Shown: positions 54,410 to 64,000 of the stretch, piece after piece
Numbering within the stretch: position 1 is the first letter of the stretch
Layout of the letters: each line of letters opens with the position of its first letter
From: Desulfatiglandales bacterium
Lineage (GTDB): Bacteria > Desulfobacterota > DSM-4660 > Desulfatiglandales > Desulfatiglandaceae
Assembly (NCBI GenBank): GCA_963662465.1
Contig: OY759599.1
Coordinates: 3,776,001 to 3,840,000 of the forward strand
DNA length: 64,000 nt
Direction: 5' to 3'
The notes under the pieces: model-generated
Told to the model about the DNA's origin: nothing
The model's input: only the letters and a program-made list of their open reading frames with translations
Database searches by the model: none
Program-made: the position numbers and the translations under genes

Positions 54410-56665
54410 ATGGATATTGATGTGGTAATCATCGGGGTCAATACGGAGAAGACCCTTGGAAAATGCATTGAAAGCGTCAAGGAAAGCCCTTACAAGGAAG
54501 GTAAAATCCACATCTGGTATGTGGATGGGGGGTCCATGGACGGCAGCGTCGCCGTTGCCGAAGGCCATGGTGGTGTAACGGTTATCCGGATTCATCCGGC
54601 CCATATTGTACAAACGGGGCCGACACCGGGTCTGGGTCGGAATGCGGGCTGGCGGGCCGGAAGCGCCCCTCTGGTTCAGTTTTTGGATTCGGATACCCTT
54701 ATGGATGCGGGCTGGCTTGAAAAGGCCGTTTCCACCATGTCGCCGGATGTGGGGGCCGTCCGGGGCAACCGCGAGGAGATCAACCCTTACGTATCGGTTT
54801 ACAACTGGATCGGGAGTTTGGAATGGAATGCGCGCCAGGGAGAATGCGAGGCTTTCGGTGGGGATGTGCTGATCCGACGTGCCATTCTGGAAGAGACGGA
54901 GGGTTACGACGAAGTCCTGGTGGGAGGAGAAGACCCCGAGCTGAGTCAGCGGGTGCGGCTCAAGGGGTGGAAAATTATTCAACTGGATGAACCCATGACC
55001 CGGCATGACCTGGCCATGACAAGGGTGAGCCAGTACTGGAAACGCTGTTTTCGCACCGGCTATGGGTTTGCCGCGGTAACAGCCCGCTTCGGCACTGCCA
55101 CCAAAGGCTTCTGGTTCCATGAGCTGATTCGCATCCTGATCCGGGGGGGTGGTTTTCTGGGGTTTGCTCTATTGGCGCTGGTGGGAATTTTCTTCAGCCC
55201 ATGGGCCATTCTTTTTCTGCTGCCGGGGTTGCTGCTCCTTTTTTTTCCCCGTATATTCAGGCTTTCTTATTTCATGAAGGACAAGGGGTTAACGCTGGAT
55301 CAGGCAAAGACCTATGCGCTGCACTGTTCCCTGATTGTGATTCCTGAATTTTTGGGTCTGGCCCGGTTCTTTTACGGACATCTGACGGGAAAGCCGTTGC
55401 GGAACAAGCGATCCGGTCTGGGAACCCCTATGACGATCACAAAGGAGAGAAGCATGGGAATCATGAAAAAGGTGGTTTATCTGGCCAGCGAGTATCCGGG
55501 CATTTCCCACACCTTTATTTTCAGGGAGATCCGCTCCTTGAGACAGCAGGGGTTTCATGTGATGACCGCTTCTATCAGAAGGCCCGGGAACCTGGAAAAA
55601 ATGACCGCCGAGGAAAAAGCGGATGCCGAAAAGACCCTATATATTAAAGATTCTTCGCTGTTGAAGGTGGTTACTTCCCATCTGGCACTGCTTTTTAATG
55701 GGCCGAAACCTTATTTCTTCATGCTGCGCCAGACCTTCAGGTTTTCGCGAATGGGTTTTCGCAATAGCCTCAAAGCCATGGCCTATTTTGCAGAGGCCGG
55801 GGTTCTGATCAGATGGATGCACCATCATCAAATGACCCACGTGCATGTTCATTTTGCCAACCCGGCTGCCACCGTTGCCATGATTGCCGCCACTTACGGC
55901 ACCTTGTCCTACAGCCTGAGCGTCCATGGGCCGGATGTGTTCTATAATGTGGATACCATTCTGCTGGCGGAAAAGGTGAAACGGGCCCGGGCCGTTCGGT
56001 GCATCAGTTATTATTGCCGAAGCCAGCTCATGCGTCTGGTGCCCCATGAACTGTGGTCCCGGTTTCATATCGTTCGCTGCGGTATCGATCCGGCCCGTTT
56101 TGCACCCCGACCGGACCCGGAAAATGAGATTCCCGAACTTCTCTGCCTGGGAAGGCTGGTGCCGGCCAAGGGGCAACATATTCTGCTGGAGGCGTGCGGG
56201 CTCCTGAAGCAGCGAAACCTGCCCTTTCACCTGACCTATGTGGGCGGCGGTGAGGACCGGGATTCCCTGGAAGCCCTGGCCCAAGATCTGGGGATCAGCC
56301 ATCTGGTAGAATTTACCGGCGCTGTGGGCCAGGACGAGGTTCACGGGTATTACGACCGGGCCGATATTTTTGTTCTGGCCAGTTTTGCCGAAGGGGTTCC
56401 GGTGGTCCTCATGGAGGCCATGGCCAAGGAGATTGTTTCCCTATCCACCCGGATCACCGGCATTCCGGAACTGATTGAAGATGGGGTGGATGGGGTATTG
56501 GTAGCGCCTTCTGATGTGGAAGGATTGGCGGACAGATTGCAGGCGTTGATTTCAGATCCGGATCTCAGGCGGAAATTGGGTAAACAGGGTCGTCTGAAGG
56601 TCCTTGAAATGTACGACCTGGATCGAAACTGCAAGGAAATGGCGGAATTTTTCAGTTATTGCTGA
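54410..56665 (+). CDS. Fused GT2 + GT4 glycosyltransferase
   Basis: N-half VDGGSMD/FLDSD/GEDPELS with TM segments; C-half HVHVHF, GRLVPAKG, EGVPVVLMEAMA. Confidence 0.88.
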   Translation: MDIDVVIIGVNTEKTLGKCIESVKESPYKEGKIHIWYVDGGSMDGSVAVAEGHGGVTVIRIHPAHIVQTGPTPGLGRNAGWRAGSAPLVQFLDSDTLMDAGWLEKAVSTMSPDVGAVRGNREEINPYVSVYNWIGSLEWNARQGECEAFGGDVLIRRAILEETEGYDEVLVGGEDPELSQRVRLKGWKIIQLDEPMTRHDLAMTRVSQYWKRCFRTGYGFAAVTARFGTATKGFWFHELIRILIRGGGFLGFALLALVGIFFSPWAILFLLPGLLLLFFPRIFRLSYFMKDKGLTLDQAKTYALHCSLIVIPEFLGLARFFYGHLTGKPLRNKRSGLGTPMTITKERSMGIMKKVVYLASEYPGISHTFIFREIRSLRQQGFHVMTASIRRPGNLEKMTAEEKADAEKTLYIKDSSLLKVVTSHLALLFNGPKPYFFMLRQTFRFSRMGFRNSLKAMAYFAEAGVLIRWMHHHQMTHVHVHFANPAATVAMIAATYGTLSYSLSVHGPDVFYNVDTILLAEKVKRARAVRCISYYCRSQLMRLVPHELWSRFHIVRCGIDPARFAPRPDPENEIPELLCLGRLVPAKGQHILLEACGLLKQRNLPFHLTYVGGGEDRDSLEALAQDLGISHLVEFTGAVGQDEVHGYYDRADIFVLASFAEGVPVVLMEAMAKEIVSLSTRITGIPELIEDGVDGVLVAPSDVEGLADRLQALISDPDLRRKLGKQGRLKVLEMYDLDRNCKEMAEFFSYC

Positions 56666-56672
56666 CATAAAA

Positions 56673-57722
56673 ATGAAGCAGCGAATCGAGTGGCTCGACA
56701 ATTTAAGGGCGATCGCCATATTTTTCGTGGTGCTGGGGCATACGGTGGGTCTTCCTGAGCATGTGGAAAAATTGATCTTTTCCTTTCACATGCCCATTTT
56801 TTTCTGGATTTCAGGGCTTTTTGCCAAAGAGAGCATTCGCGATGAATCCTTTTCCGGGTTTATTTCCAAAAGATGGCGAAAGCGCCTGATTCCCTACCTT
56901 TCCTTTTCCATCATCAGCTATGTGGCCTGGTTTTTCCTGTTCAGGCATTTCGGGAGCCAGGCAGAGATGAACATCAGCCCCATTCGACCGCTCATCGGGT
57001 TTTTTTATGGCAACGGCATCAACGACTGGTTGGTGACCAATACCGTATTGTGGTTTTTTCTGTGTTTGTTTATTACGGAAATTTTTTTCTACTTTGTGAT
57101 CAAGGTCCCTTCGAAGCTTTGGATGGTGCTGCTGCTGGCGGGGTTTTCCATGGTGGGATATCTGGATGTTCACTACAACCCGCCCGATAGTTTCAGACTG
57201 CCCTGGGACATGGATATTGCGCTTACCACAGTTGTTTTCTATGGTGCCGGCTATCTTTCAAAAGGATACGTACTCGGAAATAAAAAAGCCACCCCCTGGC
57301 GGTGGCTCGTCATGCTCCTCAGCCTTGTCATTTATACGGTTTTCAGCCTCTTGAATCGGAAAGTAGCCCTGGTGGCGGGCGTGTACGGCAATTATTTTTA
57401 TTTTTATGCAGCTGCCATGGCGGGCATCTGCTTCTGGATGGAGCTGGCCTACATGATTCCGACGTCACGGTTTTTTTCCAAGATCGGCCGGAACACCCTC
57501 ACCATATTCTCCCTGCACCTGCTGGTGTTCCCATTCATTACCGCTGTTTTGGTCTACGGACTGAAGATGCCTTCCCAACTGAAATTTGAGTCTGCATCCC
57601 TCTCCCTGGCCTATGCGGTCATCAGCATCCTGGTGCTGCTGCCCATATCCGATCTGATCAATCGATATGTTCCCTTCATTCTGGGGGAGTCCCGAAAACC
57701 GGCGTCACGAGTAACCCTTTAA
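56673..57722 (+). CDS. Acyltransferase_3-family membrane O-acyltransferase
   Basis: RIEWLDNLRAIAIFFVVLGH, FHMPIFFWISG, LWFFLCLF. Confidence 0.9.
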   Translation: MKQRIEWLDNLRAIAIFFVVLGHTVGLPEHVEKLIFSFHMPIFFWISGLFAKESIRDESFSGFISKRWRKRLIPYLSFSIISYVAWFFLFRHFGSQAEMNISPIRPLIGFFYGNGINDWLVTNTVLWFFLCLFITEIFFYFVIKVPSKLWMVLLLAGFSMVGYLDVHYNPPDSFRLPWDMDIALTTVVFYGAGYLSKGYVLGNKKATPWRWLVMLLSLVIYTVFSLLNRKVALVAGVYGNYFYFYAAAMAGICFWMELAYMIPTSRFFSKIGRNTLTIFSLHLLVFPFITAVLVYGLKMPSQLKFESASLSLAYAVISILVLLPISDLINRYVPFILGESRKPASRVTL

Positions 57723-57747
57723 CCTATAATTCCAATTGAGGTTCAAA

Positions 57748-58947
57748 ATGTTTATAATTCATCTTATGTTCACCCTGGTATTCCTGTATGTGATCATCAC
57801 AACCCTTTACCTCGTCATCCTGACCGTTGCCGCCTATTGTTTCACGAAGAAGCAAGGCTCTATTCCCGGCCCCTTTTCCATAGCGCTCATCATCCCCGCT
57901 CACAACGAGGCCCTTGAAATCAGGAAGACCATTGAAAATGTCAAGGCCTGCGGTTATCCTGAAGATGCCCATGGTATTGTGGTGATTGCCGATAATTGCG
58001 ACGATGAAACCGCTTCCCTGGCCCGGTCCGCGGGGGCTGTGGTGGTGGAGCGGACGGACATGGCAAACCGCGGGAAAGGCCAGGCCCTGGACTGGTTTTT
58101 CAAGAACCACGCTGACATTTATGGACGCTACGATGCCGTGGCCATCATGGATGCGGATACCCTCATGCATCCGGATTTTCTCTCTGAAATATCCTCGAGT
58201 CTTTCTTCTCCGGGGGTGAACGCGATGCAGGGCTATTATGGGGTTTCCAATCCCGAGGACAACTGGCGTACGGCATTGTCTTCCGCGGCCCTGAATGTAT
58301 TTCACCATATTCGTCCCGCCGGCCGCAACCGCATCGGGGGGACGGCAGGGCTCAAGGGAAACGGTATGGCCTTTAAAACCGACATCCTCAAAACATACGG
58401 CTGGCCCGCTTATTCTATTGTGGAAGATATTGAATTTTCCATGATCCTGCTTCACGACGGCATCCTGGTGCATTATAATCCGGACGCCATCGTTTATGGA
58501 GAGATGGCTACGGAAAAGAAACAGGCCGAAACCCAGCGAAAGCGCTGGGAAGGGGGGCGTTTCGAGGTCTTCAAGAAATACGGTTTGCCGCTGCTCAAAA
58601 TGTGGTCCAAGGACAAAAAAAAGGTGTGCTACCTGGATGGTTTCATGGAGTTGTTTACCCCGCCCCTTTCGCTTCTGGTGATGGGACAGATCCTCTTTTT
58701 TGGGGTGTCGGCCTTTATGTATCCGGCCCTGTTCAAACTTTCCATCTATTGCCTGCTGGGAACTGCCTTCTATGTCTTTTCCGGATTGATCCTCAAGAAG
58801 GCCCCTCTTTATGTTTGGAAATGCCTTTTTTCCGCCCCTTTCTTCATCCTGTGGAAAATTCCCATTTATTTGAAAATCGTAAAAAAAGGGGAGCAGCGTA
58901 CATGGGAGAGGACTCAGCGAAAATCTGAATTGGAGAAGAAAGAGTGA
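57748..58947 (+). CDS. Membrane GT2 glycosyltransferase (cellulose-synthase-like)
   Basis: IPAHNE, ADNCDD, DADT, VED, QRKRW. Confidence 0.9.
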   Translation: MFIIHLMFTLVFLYVIITTLYLVILTVAAYCFTKKQGSIPGPFSIALIIPAHNEALEIRKTIENVKACGYPEDAHGIVVIADNCDDETASLARSAGAVVVERTDMANRGKGQALDWFFKNHADIYGRYDAVAIMDADTLMHPDFLSEISSSLSSPGVNAMQGYYGVSNPEDNWRTALSSAALNVFHHIRPAGRNRIGGTAGLKGNGMAFKTDILKTYGWPAYSIVEDIEFSMILLHDGILVHYNPDAIVYGEMATEKKQAETQRKRWEGGRFEVFKKYGLPLLKMWSKDKKKVCYLDGFMELFTPPLSLLVMGQILFFGVSAFMYPALFKLSIYCLLGTAFYVFSGLILKKAPLYVWKCLFSAPFFILWKIPIYLKIVKKGEQRTWERTQRKSELEKKE

Positions 58948-59041
58948 TAGGCCATTCGGTTCGAGCGGGTTTGGTCAAAAAAACACACAGGATAAACCAG
59001 TGGTTTTCATGCTCGGTCCCTGTCCCTTATTGTTGGAGTAA

Positions 59042-59070
59042 TTGACAACGGACGCGGAGATTGGTATTAT
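59042..59070 (+). promoter_or_regulatory. Sigma70 promoter of the TA-like pair
   Basis: TTGACA-N17-TATTAT with extended TG; overlapped by two RTTG-N10-CAAC boxes. Confidence 0.75.
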
Positions 59071-59077
59071 TTCCAAC

Positions 59078-59374
59078 ATGAAAGCCTTTGAGCTCATTCG
59101 CACACGTATCGCCTATTCTGAGTCGGCCTTTGCTGAGCTGGTATTGTGGCGTCTCCCAAAGCCGATCGAAGGATCGTTACATGGATTCAAGTACAGGCTG
59201 GCGTACGTCGCACGAGGAGAGTGCGTTTTGCGTTACGACAACGAGGTCGGGAAAGGCGATCACCGGCATTTCGGTGGAAAGGAAAGTGCTTACGTGTTTA
59301 CGACACCGGAACAGTTGGTCGCGGATTTCCAGAATGACATTGCGAGGTGGAACCATGAAAACCTTAACCCTTGA
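59078..59374 (+). CDS. DUF6516 (TumE-like) putative toxin
   Basis: HGFKYRLAY...LRYDNEVGKGDHRH. Confidence 0.75.
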   Translation: MKAFELIRTRIAYSESAFAELVLWRLPKPIEGSLHGFKYRLAYVARGECVLRYDNEVGKGDHRHFGGKESAYVFTTPEQLVADFQNDIARWNHENLNP

Positions 59375-59702
59375 CGTACAAACGCCTACCGATTCAATGG
59401 CGAACTTTGCACGTGCTTGGAAGACAGGCAAACCCCAAAAGTCCACACGTATCAGCTTCGCAACTCCGGAACTGCTTTGGCGCGTGCTGACCGCAAAACG
59501 GTGGGTGTTGCTCAAGGCTCTTTGTGGAGCAGGCCCTGTATCAATCCGCGAAGCTGCTCGACGTGTTGGGCGCGATGTTAAAGCAGTCCACGGCGATGTT
59601 ACCGCACTACTTAACGCCGGCGTCCTTGATCGCACAGACGACGGACGGATCGTTTTTCCCTTCGAAGCCGTGAAAGTTGAATTCTTGTTGCATGCGGCAT
59701 AG
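59355..59702 (+). CDS. Winged-helix DNA-binding protein, putative antitoxin (HVO_A0114-like)
   Basis: LTAKRWVLLKAL...SIREAARRVGRDVKAVHGDVTAL; overlaps the putative toxin 3' end. Confidence 0.75.
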   Translation: MKTLTLDVQTPTDSMANFARAWKTGKPQKSTRISFATPELLWRVLTAKRWVLLKALCGAGPVSIREAARRVGRDVKAVHGDVTALLNAGVLDRTDDGRIVFPFEAVKVEFLLHAA

Positions 59703-59765
59703 CCCGGTGACATCTTGGGCCGAACAATTTTGATCTATGGCAAGCAGAAACGGAATCAGAGGAGT

Positions 59766-59835
59766 GGTGTCGGCGTTTATGTATCCGGCCCTGTTCAGAT
59801 TTTCCATCTACTGTCTGCTGGGAACCGTGTTCTAT
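59766..59835 (+). repeat. Diverged 70-bp copy of a GT2 gene segment (58704-58773)
   Basis: 62 of 70 nt identical by manual alignment. Confidence 0.85.
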
Positions 59836-59859
59836 AGAGGAAATGATCCGAAGGGATAT

Positions 59860-59965
59860 ATGAAACAAGATCGCCCCAGCCTGACTGCACATAAAGTCGC
59901 GATAATGCGGGCAGCACATCAGGTCCTCAATAATCCGAAAGTATTTGAAGATCCGGTAGCGTATG
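59860..59965 (+). pseudogene. N-terminal fragment of a SAM-dependent (LCM-type) methyltransferase
   Basis: MKQDRPSLTAHKVAIMRAAHQVLNNPKVFEDPVA matches the family N-terminus; downstream sequence is unrelated. Confidence 0.6.
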
Positions 59966-60579
59966 GAATTGAGTCGGAAGGGGGAACAACCCTCTGTAAA
60001 GGATTTGACCGAGAAGGAGAAAATCCAGCAGAAGGTGCTGGGTTTGTGATACCTGTTATGCCTATTCTTCTGCTGGATTTTTCGGGGAAAAAGCCAAGAT
60101 TAGATACGGTAGTTTTGACAGGATACGACCGATATAAGATACAAAGATCATGCAAGCTATTTTTTTTGTGGCCGGATAATCGGAAAATGGATCGGCTCCA
60201 ATATGTTGTGGTTGTAGGATTTTTGGATTAGAATTCAGGGACGTGAGGGCTATTTCAGATATGTAAGGCATATCGCAGGTTTTTTGACCTGCTGAAATGT
60301 TGAGATGTTGGAGTTATGTCAAATGGTTGGAGCCCCAAAGCGAATTTTTGCGCCTACTATATCTTGTGTCTGCGTAGCGTTTATAAATTTTCCGTTGCTA
60401 TAGAAAATTTTCTTCATTTCCTGGTGAGATCCCAGGGGATTGGTCTACGAAAGCGAAATCTGTGACTTCAAGGCTGACATATCTAACCTTGCGTTGGACA
60501 CTTCTAAATTTTTCGCTTTACAAGCAGTTGAAAATCGGCCTAAATTGGGCGAAACGAAACGCAAGATTTATGCACGAAT

Positions 60580-61066
60580 GTGCGCCACGAGCGCATTTTA
60601 TATAGAGTGCGCGCAACTGCGCGAGAGATGAGGGTTTGGCCCCTCGAAGTCGGCTTGCAGGAGCAGGCTTCAAACCACCTTAAGCTGCTGTGGTCAAAAG
60701 CCGTGGTGGTGAGCGTTAAGGGAAAGTCGCGGCTTAGGATCGTGGCAGGCGTGGATCATGGAGATGAGCGAAAGCAAACCACTGATGAGGTGTCGAAAAT
60801 AACAAGACGGTGTCAAAACTGGGGTTCATGCTTGGTTCCAGGATGAGTATGCGGGAGACCTGCTTACTGCCCATGCGGCACCCGGCATAAAGGTGGCATG
60901 AACTTGATCCAGGCTCTTGTACGGAACGTGGGAACTCTTCATGTGATGTTAAGAGAAAACCCTATAAGTGAGGCCCACGAAGGGGGAAAGTATCGATGCG
61001 CATGAAGGGGGCGGATCATCCTGTAGTAGCGGGGACCGGAGGTGAAATTCCTCCGGTCTACCCGAC
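60580..61066 (+). mobile_element. Internally deleted, ORF-less group II intron remnant (IIB-like)
   Basis: 5' GTGCG; domain I motifs (GTGTCGAAA, GGCATAAAGGTGGCATGAAC, GGAACGTGGGAAC, GGCGGA..CCTGTAGTAG) joined directly to a domain VI hairpin GACCGGAGG-TGAAATT-CCTCCGGTC followed by TACCCGAC. Confidence 0.8.
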
Positions 61067-61420
61067 CAGGCAATATGTTTTCAGGCCAACTGACAATGTG
61101 CATGTGCGGAAGTGATCCCACACCCGGTTTATTCAACCTGAAGGAGGCAAATCGATGAAAGAGCTTATTTTTTCAGAAATCAAGAGAACCCTGTTTTCCG
61201 CTTTTTTCCTGCTGTTTATTCCAATCGTTATACTGTTATGTCCTTCCGCTTCATCAGCCGTCTGCACGTGGACTGGAGCCTGGGACATTACGCAGCGTGT
61301 TGCTGGTCAGGAGATAACCCAAAGATTTACCCTTGACCAGAGCGGATCTCAGATAACCGGGTTCAGCGATAATGTAGGAACGGCCTCAGGCGAAACGGTC
61401 AGCTTTCCTGCCTGTTTCGT

Positions 61421-63213
61421 CAGCAATTCCCGCTCAGGAATTTACTCACCGAGTTTGTAACACAAATTTGAAAAATAAACGGTGAGATCAAAAACTTTTC
61501 AGAAGATTACTCCAAATTCACTGTTGGCTCCTTCGATTTTTCACAGATTGAGGCTTTCCAGAAGAGAAAGAACGTAAAAAGATCTGAGTCAGGACAGAGA
61601 TATCCATTTCCGGAAACTCCAGATTTTTTATTGAGAGCACTCTTGTATGCAAATTGGACATCGCAAATTCACCCAGTGTCATACAAAATGACTGGCGCTT
61701 GGAATTTCACACCATAATAGAGAGCTTCATAGAGCATCCTCATGGATTTGAATTCAAAATCTTTAAACAGAGCTCTCATACGTTCCCATAATTCTCTTTT
61801 GGAACCGAGTTTCTGCCATGCAGCTCGAAATAAGGGACAACAAAGCTGCTGCGTTTGATCAACCAGAAATGCAATCATCATAAGCATCGCGAAAACAACA
61901 CTCAGATTTTTCTTGCCAAGGCCGAAGTTATGTTCAAAATGATAACCTTGGTTTTTAAGAGTATTGAAGGTTTCATTTTCGATCTTCCATCTCGCACGAC
62001 CGCCTCGCATCAGCTCGTATGCATTGTCCTTTTCTATGATAAAATCAGTCACCCAACTGAAATGCTGTGTTTTTTCCGGTGTAATTTCCCAATATTCCAG
62101 AAAGTTAACCAGTACATCCTTGTTAGAGGCGTTGAGAGGTACATGGTTAAGGAATCGGAAGCGATGCGTTTTTTCCGGATCCTCTTTGTCGACCAATTCG
62201 AATTCAGTAACGCCACCATTTACCCGCGCTTGTTCGACATGATTAAATAAGAAAGGATGATCGCCTCGTTTAACTCCCAGAATATAATGAAAGTTTTGCT
62301 TTTGTATTTCCTCTATATGGGGTGCATTCGAACTTAACGCGTCTTCTGTAATGATGAGAGACAGATGCGGATGATCCCTTTTCAGCTTACTCAAGAAACG
62401 TTTCGCTGCATTACGCTCACAGTCGTTTTTGCTTTGGCCGTCCTGCTTTACTATGAATTCCGGAGCAAGCGGAATGACCTCTTTGAAATCGGGATGCACA
62501 ATCGCTGCCCCCAGCATCTGCTGGTAATAGGTCTTTTCGCCGGTTTTTTTCGATACTTTTACCAAACAATTATCAGAGTAGAGCTTTTTCGAAGAGAAAA
62601 AGCCCGTTCCATCCAAAGATAGAAGATAACATCCTTCGAAAAAAGTCATACGTTCAAGCACTTTTCCTCTTTGCAGTTCCCAGAAGATATTCCTAAACGG
62701 TTTCCGAAGTTCTTCTGCGAGTACTTCATCAAGAATAGTGCGCATCTGACTGTCGCAAGGAACTTTTCCTATATGGTATATTCCAGCCAGATTACTATCG
62801 GTTTTTCTTCTTCCATCAAAAGCAAGCAATGAGGGATCCTTGAGCGAAAACATTGAAAACCCGGACATCAGTGCATCCGCCATTGGGATTTCGGGATCCT
62901 CACGATAGTCAGACACCTCCGAAAAATCTTTATGCAAACGTTTGAGCATTGCGTCTGCATTTAGATGCTTGCGAATTCCAATCTTGCCCTTTTGTTTTTT
63001 TCTTTCTTGGCGTGTGATTCCCATAGGGAGTAATCATCGCTCAAGTTGCTCCCAAAGTCCAGTTTTTCCTGAAAGATGCCAAATTTTTTTTATTTCTTTT
63101 GAAAATTTGAGAAAAAAGCCTTTCTGGGTTATTCATTCAATGTAAACCTTTACGAAAAGGAAATACCAAAATGTACTGTTTTCAGGCCTTTCAAGGGTGA
63201 GCGGGAATTGCTG
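61421..63213 (-). mobile_element. Complete insertion sequence, 1793 bp, probably ISNCY ISDol1 group
   Basis: Perfect 16-bp IRs CAGCAATTCCCGCTCA / TGAGCGGGAATTGCTG; 9-bp TSD CTGTTTCGT at 61412-61420 and 63214-63222. Confidence 0.93.
61669..63024 (-). CDS. DDE transposase
   Basis: LSLDGT, KNDCERNA, TEDAL, RARWKIENETFNTLKNQGY. Confidence 0.93.
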   Translation of the reverse strand: MGITRQERKKQKGKIGIRKHLNADAMLKRLHKDFSEVSDYREDPEIPMADALMSGFSMFSLKDPSLLAFDGRRKTDSNLAGIYHIGKVPCDSQMRTILDEVLAEELRKPFRNIFWELQRGKVLERMTFFEGCYLLSLDGTGFFSSKKLYSDNCLVKVSKKTGEKTYYQQMLGAAIVHPDFKEVIPLAPEFIVKQDGQSKNDCERNAAKRFLSKLKRDHPHLSLIITEDALSSNAPHIEEIQKQNFHYILGVKRGDHPFLFNHVEQARVNGGVTEFELVDKEDPEKTHRFRFLNHVPLNASNKDVLVNFLEYWEITPEKTQHFSWVTDFIIEKDNAYELMRGGRARWKIENETFNTLKNQGYHFEHNFGLGKKNLSVVFAMLMMIAFLVDQTQQLCCPLFRAAWQKLGSKRELWERMRALFKDFEFKSMRMLYEALYYGVKFQAPVILYDTG

Positions 63214-64000
63214 CTGTTTCGTTAAGAGCAACGGAGCGTGCACCGCCTCAGGATATATTATCTGGACCATCCAGCCGGACTGTAACCATTTTACAGGGTA
63301 TTGTGAGTGGGACTACGATAAGACGGAATGTGCTTTCACGTGGAGTGGCGTACGTGTTGATGTGCCGAATCAGCCGCCTGAAGTAACTCTGAGTTATGAC
63401 CCCATCCACCCCTTTGCGGGCAAATTGATGACCTTTACTGTAGACGCCTTTGACCCTGATGGAGATTCCACTGGAATATACCTGGTATCTGGACGGCGCC
63501 GAACAGGCCGGCACATCGGAATTCCAATGGTCGAACCCGACCGTTGGTTACCATATTGTCAGTGTGCTGGTTTCAGACAAGAAAGGGGGAGATGAAGAGG
63601 ACTTTGTTGCGTTTGATGTGATTGAGCCAAAACGATACGTCATAGCGCCTGGAATGCAGGATGGGTCGGGGGAAGCCTGGGGGTTCGTTGATAAAATATT
63701 TATTGACGGCAAAGAGGTTACCGATGTTGAAAACACCGTTTTGTATTCCGGTTCTCAAATCAAGACCGGCCCGGGTGTGGAAATCCTGGTGCGGAGTTCC
63801 TATGGGGCGGTGACGAGGATTACAGAAGGCACGCAATATGAGGTAAAATCAACGCAGGTTGCAACCCCGACGACTCAAGAGGTATCCGGAAGACTTCTAA
63901 AAGGAGTTTGCGATTTCTATTGGCCGCCGGGTCGCGAAGCGGAAAAAAAGTTCGGAGTGGAAACAAACCGTGCAACCGTCGGTATAAAAGGCACGACGTT

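Larger units (their letters stand above)
61155..64000 (+). pseudogene. Secreted PKD/FecR-like protein gene, interrupted by an IS and frameshifted; continues past window end
   Basis: Signal peptide at 61155; removing the IS and one TSD restores ...ACFV-KSNGAC...; +1 shift near 63467 (DPDGD to PLEYTWYLDG); ends VETNRATVGIKGTT (FecR-like). Confidence 0.75.

Noticed and set aside
59737..60231. 164-aa ORF as a real gene
   Set aside because: It is a chimera of a GT2 duplicate segment, a methyltransferase stub and unrelated sequence.
60354..60369. NrdR-box-like sequence CTACTATATCTTGTGT
   Set aside because: Single imperfect copy with no nrd or replication gene nearby.
60580..61066. Active retroelement (intact group II intron, retron or DGR)
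   Set aside because: No reverse transcriptase is encoded in the window and domain V is not recognisable.

Overview
Genomic DNA of moderate GC, probably from an anaerobic Desulfobacterota (deltaproteobacterium); this is inferred from gene content, abundant sigma54 regulators, heptamer tandem repeats and an ISDol1-like IS. (1) 1-31.6 kb, almost all minus strand: a very large gas-vesicle (gvp) locus. A sigma54 promoter precedes two gvpA copies with identical proteins, then a candidate attenuator RNA, gvpC-like, gvpN, gvpV-like, four gvpF/L paralogues, gvpG, gvpO, gvpJ, gvpK and a gvpM fusion. A full proteostasis kit is interleaved: archaeal-type Cdc48/VCP, a monoderm-type DnaK, a GvpF-J-domain fusion, two stand-alone DnaJ-type Zn-finger proteins, a tandem Get3/ArsA-like ATPase, two Hsp20-domain fusions and a DUF2760-Hsp70-Hsp70 triad. 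Two paralogous sigma54 activators and two histidine kinases are also present. (2) 32-47 kb: organic-acid uptake and activation (HAAT/Liv-type ABC transporter, two acyl-CoA ligases, PaaK-like ligase, ACT protein) with its own sigma54 two-component system and a second binding protein. (3) 47-59 kb: signalling genes, dTDP-rhamnose genes and an exopolysaccharide cluster. (4) 59-64 kb: decaying accessory DNA with a DUF6516/wHTH toxin-antitoxin-like pair, gene fragments, an internally deleted group II intron, and an IS with perfect IRs and a 9-bp TSD inside a secreted PKD/FecR-like gene. No rRNA, tRNA or CRISPR array was seen. All family assignments are by eye from motifs; no database searches were run.
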